This document shows, one piece after another, positions 28,616 through 38,667 of a stretch of DNA of 64,000 bases. Origin of the DNA: Halobacteria archaeon. Lineage in GTDB: Archaea; Halobacteriota; Halobacteria; Halobacteriales; Halorutilaceae. The translations under genes were made by a program, and so were the position numbers. The DNA lies in contig JBDGRN010000016.1 of NCBI GenBank assembly GCA_042218125.1, forward strand, positions 3,408-67,407, written 5' to 3'. Every line of letters begins with the position of its first letter. Within the stretch, counting starts at the first letter, position 1. Under the pieces are notes generated by a model. The model was not told the DNA's origin. It saw only the letters and a list, made by a program, of their open reading frames with translations, and ran no database searches.

Positions 28616-29293
28616 TTATTTTTGGCTGGCGTTATCGCTACCCGACTCTTCCTCGCTGATGTTTCCGGTTTCACCTTCGTCCGCGGCTCCATCCGTCGTG
28701 TTGCCGGTAATGTTGTCCGACGGAACCGTGTCAGTTCCTGAAGTATTATCAATTGGTTCTTCCGGTGGGTTATCCATAGGCCAGCTAACCGCCTCCCATT
28801 TCGGATATCCGTCCTTCCATCTTACTGTTTTTCTCCTTACGTCGGCAACCGTTACCGCTTCAACCTTTATACCTCTCTTCCCTTCCCCTTCCATGTATCC
28901 GACGTACTGCCATTTTTTCTCGTACTTGAACTCGTACTTGTTCGGGTCAACTTTCTTCGGATATTTGCTCGAGGTATTGGGATCCGTCAAAGTCTTCTCC
29001 TTACCGATCTTAATTCCCGTGTGGTAGTCCTGTTCGAACTTCCAGGACTTCGGTTTGTTTTCGTCGTTACATCCCCAACTTGCTCCAGTCTTATAGTTTA
29101 ACGAACCGTTGACATCGGGTAAACTGTAGCTGTCGTTAGTGGTCCACTGTATATTAGGACGTATTCTACACCTGAACTTGGAGCCTCCTCCGCCGAAAAT
29201 ACATCCCGACAAAGACGTTGCTGCAACTCCAGCACCCATTATCTGTAAAACCTTTCTACGTGATTTGTTCTTCTCGGTTTGTTGATTAGTCAT
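28616..29293 (-). CDS. Tat-exported lipoprotein, lysine-rich, unknown function
   Basis: SRRKVLQIMGAGVAATSLSGC (twin-Arg plus lipobox). The mature part is rich in K/N/W/Y, and only the C-terminal tail is acidic. Confidence 0.65.
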   Translation of the reverse strand: MTNQQTEKNKSRRKVLQIMGAGVAATSLSGCIFGGGGSKFRCRIRPNIQWTTNDSYSLPDVNGSLNYKTGASWGCNDENKPKSWKFEQDYHTGIKIGKEKTLTDPNTSSKYPKKVDPNKYEFKYEKKWQYVGYMEGEGKRGIKVEAVTVADVRRKTVRWKDGYPKWEAVSWPMDNPPEEPIDNTSGTDTVPSDNITGNTTDGAADEGETGNISEEESGSDNASQK

Positions 29294-29609
29294 GTTTACA
29301 ACTCCGTTTTCGGACGAACTCGGTCCCCTACATTGAACTCGGTGACCTTCAAGCTCCCTCTGGGAACCTGGCGTCTACAGCCTCCTGAAATCGATTTATA
29401 TTCGGAGGACCCGTAAGTTTCTGTTCCTGTCTTGCAGTTTCTTTCAACGGCTAATACAAGTTACGCCGAAAACAAGGGGTAGTATGACGGTGGGCTTACG
29501 GCCGTCATCCGGTACAACGAGTGAACTGCCTGATTATGGAGGGGTAATTGACGATCATGTTTCGTAATCTAATTAAAAGTTCTTGACCAGGTTTAGGTAA
29601 CGTAATACA

Positions 29610-31382
29610 ATGTTCGACAAAATTCTGGTCGCAAACAGGGGAGAGATAGCCGTCAGGGTAATGAGGGCTTGTGAGGAGCTGGGTATAGGTACCGTCGCCG
29701 TTTACAGTGACGCAGACAAGGACTGCGGTCACGTAAGATACGCCGACGAGGCATACAACATCGGTCCCGCAAAAGCAAGCGAGAGCTACCTCGACCACGA
29801 GGCAGTACTCGAAGCAGCGGAGAAGGCCGACGCCGACGCGATACACCCGGGATACGGATTCTTAGCTGAAAATGCGGAGTTCGCATCCAAGGTCGAGGAC
29901 AGTCCACAGACCTGGATCGGTCCCCCCTCCGACGCCATGGAGAACCTGGGAGAGAAGACGAAGGCACGCAGCATAATGAAGGGCGCCGAGGTACCCGTCG
30001 TACCCGGTACGACGGAGCCCGTCGAGGATCCCGAGGAAGTCAAGGAGATAGCCGAGGAGTACGGATACCCCGTAGCAATCAAGGCAGAGGGCGGAGGTGG
30101 AGGCCGCGGCCTCAAGGTCGTCCGTACGCCCGAGGAAGTCGAGGACGCACTCGAAACCGCGATCCGTGAGGGTGAGGAGTACTTCGACAACCCCTCCGTC
30201 TACGTCGAGAAGTACCTCGAAAACCCGAAACATATCGAGGTTCAGATACTCGCCGACCACCACGGAAACGTACGCCACCTGGGCGAGAGGGACTGTTCGC
30301 TCCAGAGAAGACACCAGAAGGTGATCGAGGAGGCACCCTCTCCCGTACTGACAGACGAGATGCGTGAGGAGATAGGAAACGCGGCACGTCGCGGCGTGAA
30401 GGAAGCGGGATACACCAACGCCGGTACCGTCGAGTTCCTGGTAGAGGACGGCGAGTTCTTCTTCATGGAGGTCAACACCAGGATACAGGTGGAGCATACC
30501 GCAACAGAGGAAGTCACCGGAATCGACATCGTGAAATGGCAGATCAGGGTGGCTGACGACAAGGAAATCACGTTCAGCCAGGATGACATCGAGATAGAGG
30601 GACACGCCATCGAGTTCCGTATAAATGCCGAGGACGCAGCCAACGACTTCGCACCCGTAATGGGTGAACTCGACCTCTACGACCCCGCCGGTGGAATCGG
30701 AGTACGTATCGACGACGCCGTACGTCAGGGCGACGAAATCTCGGGTGACTACGACTCGATGATAGCGAAACTCATCGTCGACGACGACGACCGAGAGAGC
30801 TGTATCGAACGCAGTAAACGTGCACTCAAGGAGTACGACATCGAGGGTATCCAGACGATTATACCGTTCCATCTCCTGATGCTCAACGACGAGGTATTCG
30901 TCGAGGGAGACCACGACACCAAGTACCTGGACCAGGAGGTCACGAACGAGGATATAGAGGAGGCGGTCGAGAAATGGGGTCCCGAGGACCGTCCCTCTCC
31001 GCCAGGCGGGAAGGATACGGTACAGAAGGAGTTCTTAGTCGAGGTTAACGGAAAGAGGTTCGAAGTCAACTTAGAGGACTACACCCCCGAAATACTAGGG
31101 GCCGCGGAAGGTGCCGCACCATCCGGAGGCGGAGGCGGCGGAGGCGGTGCACAGGCACTAGATGTCGAAGGCCAGTCGGTCACGGCTGAGATGCAGGGTA
31201 ACGTCCTTTCGGTCGAGGTATCGGAAGGCGACGAGGTAGCCGAGGGCGACGTTCTATGTGTTATAGAGGCGATGAAGATGGAGAATGACGTCGTCGCCCC
31301 GTTCGGTGGCACGGTATCACACGTCGAAGTTGCGGGCGGCGACAGCGTAGACATGGGTGACCTTCTGGTCGCTATAGAGTAG
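29610..31382 (+). CDS. Acyl-CoA (acetyl/propionyl-CoA) carboxylase alpha chain: biotin carboxylase fused to biotin carboxyl carrier domain
   Basis: ATP-grasp BC ([27 protein letters not shown]), a Gly linker, and the C-terminal biotinyl motif EAMKMEN. Confidence 0.9.
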   Translation: MFDKILVANRGEIAVRVMRACEELGIGTVAVYSDADKDCGHVRYADEAYNIGPAKASESYLDHEAVLEAAEKADADAIHPGYGFLAENAEFASKVEDSPQTWIGPPSDAMENLGEKTKARSIMKGAEVPVVPGTTEPVEDPEEVKEIAEEYGYPVAIKAEGGGGGRGLKVVRTPEEVEDALETAIREGEEYFDNPSVYVEKYLENPKHIEVQILADHHGNVRHLGERDCSLQRRHQKVIEEAPSPVLTDEMREEIGNAARRGVKEAGYTNAGTVEFLVEDGEFFFMEVNTRIQVEHTATEEVTGIDIVKWQIRVADDKEITFSQDDIEIEGHAIEFRINAEDAANDFAPVMGELDLYDPAGGIGVRIDDAVRQGDEISGDYDSMIAKLIVDDDDRESCIERSKRALKEYDIEGIQTIIPFHLLMLNDEVFVEGDHDTKYLDQEVTNEDIEEAVEKWGPEDRPSPPGGKDTVQKEFLVEVNGKRFEVNLEDYTPEILGAAEGAAPSGGGGGGGGAQALDVEGQSVTAEMQGNVLSVEVSEGDEVAEGDVLCVIEAMKMENDVVAPFGGTVSHVEVAGGDSVDMGDLLVAIE

Positions 31383-31384
31383 AG

Positions 31385-33115
31385 ATGGAGGTACGTCTCA
31401 AGGATTCGGCCGACGAAAGTGAGGCGCGGGCTATAGCCGCCGCACTGTCCGAACATTTCGACGAGAAGATCGCGGTCTACGTTGGCGACGAATCCACACC
31501 TTCGGTAACAGAGAACCCACCAATGGTTTCGAATGAAATGTACGAGGACGGCGAACCAACGGAGCGGGAGGAGGAGCTTTTAGACGAGATAGAGGATATA
31601 GAGAACGGAGGACCACGTAAGTACCGCGATAGGTTAGAGGAGCAGGGTAAGCTTTTCGTACGTGACCGTCTCGATCTATGGTTCGACGACGGAATGCTGT
31701 TCGAGGACGGCAAGTTCGCGGCGTTCGACGAATGGCACGAAACCGTCACGGACAACGACGACCGACTACCGGCCGACGGATTACTGACGGGTGCCGCGGA
31801 GTTCGATGGCCGTGACGTCCATTTCATGGCTAACGACTTCACCGTCAAGGCGGGAAGCATGGCGAAACGTGGCGTCGAGAAGTTTCTCCGTATGCAGGAA
31901 CGCGCCCTCCAGAACGGTAAACCCGTGGTCTACCTCATGGACTCTTCGGGAGGACGGATCGATCAACAGTCGGGTTTCTTCGCCAACCGGGAAGGAATAG
32001 GTAAGTACTACTACAACCACTCGATGCTGTCGGGACGCGTCCCCCAGATATGTGTCCTGTACGGACCCTGTATCGCGGGTGCGGCGTACACTCCGGTGTT
32101 CGCTGACTTCACCGTCATGGTGGAGAAGATGAGTGCAATGGCTATCGCTTCTCCCAGGATGGTGAAGATGGTGACCGGGGAGGACATCGAGATGGATGAC
32201 CTCGGAGGACCCGAGATACACGCCGAACACTCGGGGAGTGCCGACCTGGTCGCGAAGGACGAGAAACACGCCTGCGAGCTAGTGGAACAACTGATCACGT
32301 ATCTACCGGACGTGGCGGGTGAGAAACCTCCCAAGAGCGAGCCGAAGAATCCTGCACGTTCCCCGAACGGAATCGACTCCGCCATTCCGGAGTCCCCCAA
32401 TGAGGCATACGACGTCAAGGACCTCATCCTCCGGGTCGTGGACGCAGGAAGCTACTTCGAGGTACGTCCCGACTACGGTGGGGAGATACTGACGGCGTTC
32501 GCACGTATCGACGGACGACCCGTAGGCGTCGTCGCTAACCAGCCCGCGGTTCGTTCGGGAGCGATTTTCCCCGACGCGGCGGAGAAGGCCGCCGACTTCA
32601 TATGGAAATGCGATGCATACGAGATACCCCTACTCTATCTATGCGACACGCCGGGATTCATGGCGGGTAGTTCGGTAGAGAAGGACGCCATACTCGAGAA
32701 AGGCAAGAAGATGATCTACGCCACCTCGTCCGCCACGGTGCCGAAGCAGTGTGTCGTCGTCCGTAAGGCGTACGGCGCCGGTATATACGCTATGTCGGGT
32801 CCCGCCTACCAGCCCGAATCCACGATCGCGTTGCCGAGCGGCGAGATCGCGATAATGGGTCCCGAAGCCGCCATAAACGCGGTCTACAAGAGGAAGCTGG
32901 ACGAGATAGAGGACGAGGAGAAACGGAAGGAGAGGGAGCAGGAACTACGTGAGGAGTACAGGGAGGATATCGACGTACACCGTATGGCGAGCGAGGTCGT
33001 GATCGACGAAATCGTGCCGCCGAGCAGCCTGCGCGAGGAACTTGTCAACCGTTACGCCTTTTACGAGGATATCGAGAAGGAGCTGCCGGACAAGAAACAC
33101 GGAACAGTTATCTAA
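31385..33115 (+). CDS. Acyl-CoA carboxylase carboxyltransferase (beta) chain with about 55-aa N-terminal extension
   Basis: Carboxyltransferase motifs (GPCIAGAAYTP, RKAYGAGIYAM). It starts 2 nt after the alpha chain stop. Confidence 0.9.
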   Translation: MEVRLKDSADESEARAIAAALSEHFDEKIAVYVGDESTPSVTENPPMVSNEMYEDGEPTEREEELLDEIEDIENGGPRKYRDRLEEQGKLFVRDRLDLWFDDGMLFEDGKFAAFDEWHETVTDNDDRLPADGLLTGAAEFDGRDVHFMANDFTVKAGSMAKRGVEKFLRMQERALQNGKPVVYLMDSSGGRIDQQSGFFANREGIGKYYYNHSMLSGRVPQICVLYGPCIAGAAYTPVFADFTVMVEKMSAMAIASPRMVKMVTGEDIEMDDLGGPEIHAEHSGSADLVAKDEKHACELVEQLITYLPDVAGEKPPKSEPKNPARSPNGIDSAIPESPNEAYDVKDLILRVVDAGSYFEVRPDYGGEILTAFARIDGRPVGVVANQPAVRSGAIFPDAAEKAADFIWKCDAYEIPLLYLCDTPGFMAGSSVEKDAILEKGKKMIYATSSATVPKQCVVVRKAYGAGIYAMSGPAYQPESTIALPSGEIAIMGPEAAINAVYKRKLDEIEDEEKRKEREQELREEYREDIDVHRMASEVVIDEIVPPSSLREELVNRYAFYEDIEKELPDKKHGTVI

Positions 33116-33242
33116 CTGTTAAGGTATAAGGGATACCGAGAAACATCCCGGACGACCCAATTTTTTACTCATCGATATAGATATAGGTTGATTTGTTAAA
33201 CTAACAGATGGGTTTTTACACCCTGTTTTTGTAGTTATTAAT

Positions 33243-34163
33243 GTGGTAAATATTAACAAACAGACGGAGGGGCAACTCCAGATCGACCACGGTTCGAAGA
33301 TGTACCGGTATTTCCGGAACGCCGTTGACCGACACTGGAATCCATACGAGATCGATCTTGAGCAGGACAGAGAAGAACTCCTCGGTTACGACTTCGTAAA
33401 CGGTCGCCAGGACTTCGAGTATCTGTGTCGTGGAGTCGCTTTATTCGGTGCCGGAGAACAGTCAGTTACCGAGGATCTGGCACCACTTGCTGTCGCCTAT
33501 GACGATATAGAGGACGAGATGTTCGTGACCACACAGATGTACGAGGAAGCCAAACACGCGGAGTTTTTCGACAGGTACTGGTCGGAGGTCATTCATCCAG
33601 TCGAGGAGGAACGTGGATACGAGAAAACGTATCCCACCGACGAACGTTACTTCGTCGACGTCTACAACGAGTTATTCGAGAAAAACCAGGAGGCGATGGA
33701 ACGTCTTTTGGAGGAAGACACACCGGCGAACCGCGTAAAGGCACACGGAAGCTACCACCTGGTGGTCGAGGGTATACTCGGTCAGACCGGATACTACGGC
33801 ACCCAGAAAGATCTAAGCGATTACTGTCCCAAACTCCCGAACCTACCTGGATTGGTGGAGGGTTTTTCGAATATCCGTAGCGACGAGGGTCGCCATATCG
33901 GTTTCGGGATGACGAAGATAAAGGAGTACATGATCGAGGACGGCGTGGGTATTGAAGCGCTTAACGATCAGGTCAACGAGATGATTCCCCTGGTGAATGG
34001 AATTGTCAGCGAGAATATCGAACCGGAGGTTCCAGGGATGCCGGAAGCGGAACTGCTGGAGTACGCCTCGAGCAAACATACTGAAAGGATGAGACAGATA
34101 ACCTCGAGCAGCGAGGATATTCCAGAAGTCGAGGAACTCGTTAGGCTAGAGGGGTCTTACTGA
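33243..34163 (+). CDS. Ribonucleotide-reductase R2-like ferritin-family di-metal protein (R2c/R2lox-like)
   Basis: Metal ligand motifs GAGEQSV, EEAKHAEFF, VVEGILGQ and DEGRHIGFG. The start (GTG 33243 or ATG 33300) is uncertain. Confidence 0.75.
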   Translation: MVNINKQTEGQLQIDHGSKMYRYFRNAVDRHWNPYEIDLEQDREELLGYDFVNGRQDFEYLCRGVALFGAGEQSVTEDLAPLAVAYDDIEDEMFVTTQMYEEAKHAEFFDRYWSEVIHPVEEERGYEKTYPTDERYFVDVYNELFEKNQEAMERLLEEDTPANRVKAHGSYHLVVEGILGQTGYYGTQKDLSDYCPKLPNLPGLVEGFSNIRSDEGRHIGFGMTKIKEYMIEDGVGIEALNDQVNEMIPLVNGIVSENIEPEVPGMPEAELLEYASSKHTERMRQITSSSEDIPEVEELVRLEGSY

Positions 34164-34166
34164 CCT

Positions 34167-34646
34167 CTAGTAGTATTGTTTTAGCAGTAGAGAAAGTCCG
34201 AACCACCCGACTATCACCGCTCCCACCGTGGTCAACGACAGCGTGATAGCGTAGGTAGAGAGATGGTCAGCGGCCGTAAAATAGGTAGTGACTCCACCCA
34301 AGAGACAACCGAACCCGACGGAGAACGCCTTCTTTGTTTCCTCTTTCCTGTCGTAGCCAAGTTTCTTGAACTTTGCAGATATATATCCCGTCGCTAAGAC
34401 GGCCGCCAACAGCACGGTACCGCCGTAGATCCTGTAACTCTCGAGTTTATCTATCTCTCCTTGCTGTGTCACCGTCAGATGTTTCTCTATTCCCAACGTG
34501 GTCGCGATGTTCGTAAGCTTGAACTGGGCGAAGTAAACGACTGCTAGCGACACCGTGATAACTATACCGAGCGCCGTGAAAACCAGATAGTAGACAGTTT
34601 TCTTTTTCATGTACTGGATCGTGTTTGCGGGTTTTATTTTCTTCAA
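34167..34646 (-). CDS. Membrane protein, unknown function
   Basis: 159 aa, 4 predicted TM helices, K-rich loops. Confidence 0.55.
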   Translation of the reverse strand: MKKIKPANTIQYMKKKTVYYLVFTALGIVITVSLAVVYFAQFKLTNIATTLGIEKHLTVTQQGEIDKLESYRIYGGTVLLAAVLATGYISAKFKKLGYDRKEETKKAFSVGFGCLLGGVTTYFTAADHLSTYAITLSLTTVGAVIVGWFGLSLLLKQYY

Positions 34647-34760
34647 GACGTCTCGTTGAAAATGTTCCGAACTATTGGTGCCTGGGAACTCGTTTGGTGC
34701 GGGAGGATAGCTATAAATAAAACTTAGATACTGGTTTAGTCCCTGTTCTACACCAAAAGG

Positions 34761-34917
34761 GGTTGAAGTTTTAGAGGAGGTTGACGTTTTAGAGGAGGTT
34801 GACGTTTTAGAGGAGGTTGACGTTTTAGAGGGAGTTGACGTTTTAGAGGGAGTTGACGTTTTAGAGGAGGTGGTATTTTTAACGAAGTTGACGTTTTAAT
34901 GGGGTTGATATTTTGAG
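34761..34917. repeat. Tandem repeat, 18-bp unit (GGTTGACGTTTTAGAGGA), about 9 copies
   Basis: Copies start at 34761, 34779, 34797, 34815, 34833 and 34851, followed by 3 degenerate copies. The array ends about 57 bp upstream of the valS ATG. Confidence 0.95.
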
Positions 34918-34974
34918 TTCGGTTTGTACAGAACCACACGAGTTATTTCAGTTTAACCTTAACTGGTAGATAAC

Positions 34975-37620
34975 ATGGATGTACCCAAGAACTACGACCC
35001 GGGAGAGGTCGAGGACCGATGGCGGGAACGGTGGAGCGACGATATCTACGAGTACCAGGATTCCGGATCGCCTGACTATGTCATAGATACACCGCCGCCG
35101 TATCCAACCGGTAACCTGCATATTGGAAACGCACTTGGATGGTGCTACATGGATTACGTCGCGCGGTTCAAACGGCTTCAGGGATACGACGTTCTGTTTC
35201 CCCAGGGATGGGACTGCCACGGCCTCCCCACCGAGGTGAAGGTCGAGGAGAACAACGACATCACCAAGGCAGATGTTTCACGTACCGAGTTCAGGGACCT
35301 CTGCGTCGAACACACCTACGAGATGATTGACGAGATGAGGCAGACGATGGATACCCTCGGTTTCAGCCAGGACTGGAGCAACGAGTACATTACTATGGAG
35401 CCGGAGTACTGGGGGAAGACTCAGAGGTCGTTCGTGGAGATGGTGGAGAGCGACTTCGCGTATCGGGGCAAGTACCCCGTCAACTGGTGTCCACGGTGCG
35501 GGACCGCTATCGCAGACGCCGAAGTCGAACGTGAGGACCGCGATGGAAGCCTGGTCTATCTCGAGTTTCCGGTTGTCTCGCCGGGAACTGGTGAAAGTCG
35601 GGATGGTTCTTCGGGCGAGGGGGACGCCGTCGAGATAGCGACTACGAGGCCAGAGCTTCTTGCCGCATGTGGTGCCGTCGCGGTAGATCCCGAGGACGAA
35701 AGGTTTTCAGGATACGTAGGCGATACGGTCGAGGTGCCGTTGTTCGGTCAGGAGGTAGAGGTTATCGCAGACGAGGAGGTCGACCCTGAGTTCGGAACAG
35801 GTGCCGTCATGATATGTACTTTCGGTGATAAACAGGACGTCGAGTGGTGGGCGGAGTACGACCTCGAACTTCGGACCGCCTTCTCGAAACAGGGGACGTT
35901 AACCGACGTCGCAGGAGAGTACGAGGGACTTTCGATAGAGGAAGCCAAGCAGAAGATCGCCGAGGATCTCGAAGAAGAGGGATACCTGTACGAATCGGAG
36001 CCTCTGGAGCAGAGTGTCGGTGTTTGCTGGAGATGTGACACACCTATAGAGATCCTCGCTGAGGAGCAGTGGTTCATCGAGGTCGATCAGGACGAGATAC
36101 TCGGTAAGGCGCGCGAGGTTGACTGGATTCCGGAGCACGCCTACGACCGTCTCGAGGACTGGACCGAGAGTATGGAGTGGGACTGGGTTATCTCCCGACA
36201 GAGGATATTCGCCACCCCGTTCCCGGTTTGGTACTGCAATGACTGTGGAGAGCCTTACGTCGCATCCGTAGATGAGCTTCCGGTCGATCCTCACGAGGAC
36301 GAGCCAGCGGAAAACTGTGTCTGCGGTTCGACGGAGTTTGAGGCCGAAACCGACGTCATGGATACCTGGATGGACAGCTCTATCTCCGCGATGTACGTGG
36401 CGGGCTGGCCCGACGAGTTCGAGCCTACTCAGCTGAGGGAGCAGGGACACGACATCATCCGGACCTGGGCGTTCTACACCATCCTCCGTACCGCTGCTCT
36501 CGAGGACGAGATACCGTGGGAGGATGCACTCGTAAACGGAATGGTGTTCGGGGACGACGGACACAAGATGTCGAAGTCCCGCGGCAACTTCGTTCAGCCC
36601 GAGGAGGTTATCGAGGAGTACGGTGCCGACGCCTTCAGACAGTCGATGGCGAGCGCCGGCCGACCCGGAAGCGACATCCAGTTCCAGTGGAAGGAGGTCG
36701 AACGTGCCGACAAGTTCCAGACCAAGTTATGGAACATATACCGGTTCGCTATAGACCACGTCTCTAAAGAGAGCTACGGCTACGACCCCGACGAACCTCC
36801 GGAGCTACGTGTTGCCGACGAATGGATACTCGGAAGGCTGTCGGAGGTCTCTGAGGAGGCGGAGGAACTGATGGACGACTACCGTTTCGACCTTGCGTTA
36901 CAGGAGGTCAGGGAGTTCACGTGGAACGAAGTCGCCGACGACTACGTCGAACTCGTGAAGGGTCGTCTGTACGAGAGCCCCGAGGGATCAGCTGAACACC
37001 AGGCGGTACGGTGGACTCTACGTACTGTTCTTGAGGCGGTAACTGTAATGATCTCGCCTATCGCTCCGTTTTTCGCGGAGGAACTCTACAGGGGATTCAA
37101 CGACGGATCCGTAAACGAGGCTGATTGGCCCGAACCCCGTCTCCAGGACCCCGACGTGGTGTACCGCGGAAATCTACAGGCGGAAGCGGTTGCCGAAGTC
37201 AGGAGATGGAAGAGCGAGGAAGGGATGGCGTTGAACCAGGAACTCGACAAGGTAGAGATTTACACAGAGGAGGAACTCGATCCGGTTGACGTCGGAAACA
37301 CCTTGAACGCTGAAACCGAGGTACTGAACGGCGAGCCGGAACTGGAGGAGGTTCCGTCCGGAGTCGATCCGGATATGAGTGTTCTGGGTCCCGAGTTCCG
37401 TGGAGATGCCGGTAAGGTCGCTGCTGCGCTCGAGGAAAGGGATCCGGGGGAACTGGAGTCAGAGATCCAGAAAGGCGAGGTCGTAGTCGAAGTTGACGGT
37501 GAGGATAAACAGCTGGATCCGGAGTCTGCGGAGGTGGTGACAGAGCTCAGGAGCGGTGGTAAGGAAGTCGAGGTATTCGAGGTGGAGGATGGGGACGCAC
37601 GTGTCGTCGTTTTTCCCTGA
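34975..37620 (+). CDS. valS: Valine--tRNA ligase
   Basis: HIGH-type motif PTGNLHIGNALG, KMSKS motif GHKMSKSRGN, and a CP1 editing domain. 881 aa. Confidence 0.95.
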   Translation: MDVPKNYDPGEVEDRWRERWSDDIYEYQDSGSPDYVIDTPPPYPTGNLHIGNALGWCYMDYVARFKRLQGYDVLFPQGWDCHGLPTEVKVEENNDITKADVSRTEFRDLCVEHTYEMIDEMRQTMDTLGFSQDWSNEYITMEPEYWGKTQRSFVEMVESDFAYRGKYPVNWCPRCGTAIADAEVEREDRDGSLVYLEFPVVSPGTGESRDGSSGEGDAVEIATTRPELLAACGAVAVDPEDERFSGYVGDTVEVPLFGQEVEVIADEEVDPEFGTGAVMICTFGDKQDVEWWAEYDLELRTAFSKQGTLTDVAGEYEGLSIEEAKQKIAEDLEEEGYLYESEPLEQSVGVCWRCDTPIEILAEEQWFIEVDQDEILGKAREVDWIPEHAYDRLEDWTESMEWDWVISRQRIFATPFPVWYCNDCGEPYVASVDELPVDPHEDEPAENCVCGSTEFEAETDVMDTWMDSSISAMYVAGWPDEFEPTQLREQGHDIIRTWAFYTILRTAALEDEIPWEDALVNGMVFGDDGHKMSKSRGNFVQPEEVIEEYGADAFRQSMASAGRPGSDIQFQWKEVERADKFQTKLWNIYRFAIDHVSKESYGYDPDEPPELRVADEWILGRLSEVSEEAEELMDDYRFDLALQEVREFTWNEVADDYVELVKGRLYESPEGSAEHQAVRWTLRTVLEAVTVMISPIAPFFAEELYRGFNDGSVNEADWPEPRLQDPDVVYRGNLQAEAVAEVRRWKSEEGMALNQELDKVEIYTEEELDPVDVGNTLNAETEVLNGEPELEEVPSGVDPDMSVLGPEFRGDAGKVAAALEERDPGELESEIQKGEVVVEVDGEDKQLDPESAEVVTELRSGGKEVEVFEVEDGDARVVVFP

Positions 37621-37667
37621 ACTGCGGGTTTCAGATACCGGTTAACTTATGCTCTGCAGACCGTGGT

Positions 37668-37742
37668 GGTTTTGATGTTTTTTGTTGGGTTGTGCGGTCA
37701 GTATTCTCTGGAGGTTTTGATTTTTTGTTGGGTTGTATGGTC
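37668..37742. repeat. Direct repeat, about 31-bp GT-rich unit, 2 copies 45 bp apart
   Basis: GGTTTTGATGTTTTTTGTTGGGTTGTGCGGTC (37668-37699) and GGTTTTGATTTTTTGTTGGGTTGTATGGTC (37713-37742). Confidence 0.85.
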
Positions 37743-37798
37743 TATATCCATAGAATAAACTATACGAGTTCCGTATCTGGGGTTAAGGTGAGTTTATC

Positions 37799-38287
37799 TT
37801 GACTGATTTATGCCCGCTCTGTGGTGGACGGATCACGTACCGCTGGGTTATCGACGGGTCTTCCGGAAGGAGACATGGTGAGAGCGAACGTAGCTTTATG
37901 GATACGAAGAAAGGTAGGGTAGTGTCGAAGGACGTGGAGGTGACGGAGACGATCGAAAGTGAGAAGTTCTACACCTCGACGAAGGTAAAGCGGGTGGGCG
38001 AAGACCACGTCAGCCCGTCCTTTATCGGCTGTGTCACTGAAAACTGTTTCTTTTACTTCGAGAAGATGGCGAACAGACTCAACCGTATAGACAACTCGAC
38101 AGAGACACGGATGGATTTCAAGAGAAGGTTAAACCAGTTTCATGAGAAATGTACCAAGGTTAAGGAAGGTAACGGGTTGAACGATGACGGAGGCGGTTCC
38201 GGTTCGAATGAAGGTGTCGGGGATGAATCTGAAACAGGTGATGGTTTTTCAGGTAACGGCTCCGGTTTCAGGGGTGAAGGGAAATGA
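37799..38287 (+). CDS. Split-Cys4 (zinc-ribbon-like) module protein A, unknown function, Gly/Ser/Asp-rich tail
   Basis: TTG start preceded by an AAGGTGAG SD-like box. It has CPLCGGRITYRW ... SPSFIGCVTENCFFYFEKM, and is a paralogue of the next two ORFs. Confidence 0.6.
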   Translation: MTDLCPLCGGRITYRWVIDGSSGRRHGESERSFMDTKKGRVVSKDVEVTETIESEKFYTSTKVKRVGEDHVSPSFIGCVTENCFFYFEKMANRLNRIDNSTETRMDFKRRLNQFHEKCTKVKEGNGLNDDGGGSGSNEGVGDESETGDGFSGNGSGFRGEGK

Positions 38288-38667
38288 GTGCCGACGGTAA
38301 CGCCCAGGACTGTTCCAGGTGCGGATATCCGTTGTCCCAGGCGTGGCGGATTTCGTACGGCGTCTTGGCGGTTACGGAGAACGTCGACGGCGATCCGGAG
38401 AAACACCCGAGAAGGAGTTCGGTCGAGGGGGACGAGGAGGACAGGACGTACGTGAAGTCCGACAAGTTCATGTCCGAACTCGTGGTGGAGGAGGTGGAGG
38501 ACGGTTTCCCCCAACCCGATCTGGCGGGATGTAGCAATCCGGACTGTGACTTCTACCTCGAGGACGTTATCGGAGAGATCAGGGAACTGAGGGAGAGGTC
38601 GGACGACGTCGAGGAGTTCCACTCCGACCTAATGGAGTTCAGCGAAAAACAGATGGGGGTGGTCTGA
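38284..38667 (+). CDS. Split-Cys4 module protein B, unknown function
   Basis: An ATGA overlap joins it to the upstream ORF. It has CSRCGYPLSQAW ... PDLAGCSNPDCDFYLEDV. Confidence 0.6.
   Translation: MSADGNAQDCSRCGYPLSQAWRISYGVLAVTENVDGDPEKHPRRSSVEGDEEDRTYVKSDKFMSELVVEEVEDGFPQPDLAGCSNPDCDFYLEDVIGEIRELRERSDDVEEFHSDLMEFSEKQMGVV

Noticed and set aside
29484-29508. 7-bp hairpin ATGACGG-(11 nt)-CCGTCAT in the divergent spacer upstream of the carboxylase operon.
   Set aside because: It is short and isolated with no flanking T-run or repeat partners, so the evidence for a regulatory role is insufficient.
29862-30914. 350-aa ORF antisense to the biotin carboxylase gene.
   Set aside because: Same reasoning. 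The sense strand encodes a textbook ATP-grasp biotin carboxylase, and the antisense product has no motifs and an atypical composition.
34748-34939. 63-aa ORF encoding PLKRQL/PLKRQP peptide repeats.
   Set aside because: It is simply the reverse-strand translation of the 18-bp tandem DNA repeat. It has no plausible start context and lies between divergent promoters.
36681-36694. GTTCCAGTGGAAGG, resembling the core of haloarchaeal origin recognition boxes (ORB).
   Set aside because: It is a single copy inside the valS coding frame (...IQFQWKEV...). There is no inverted partner, no AT-rich unwinding element and no orc/cdc6 gene nearby.
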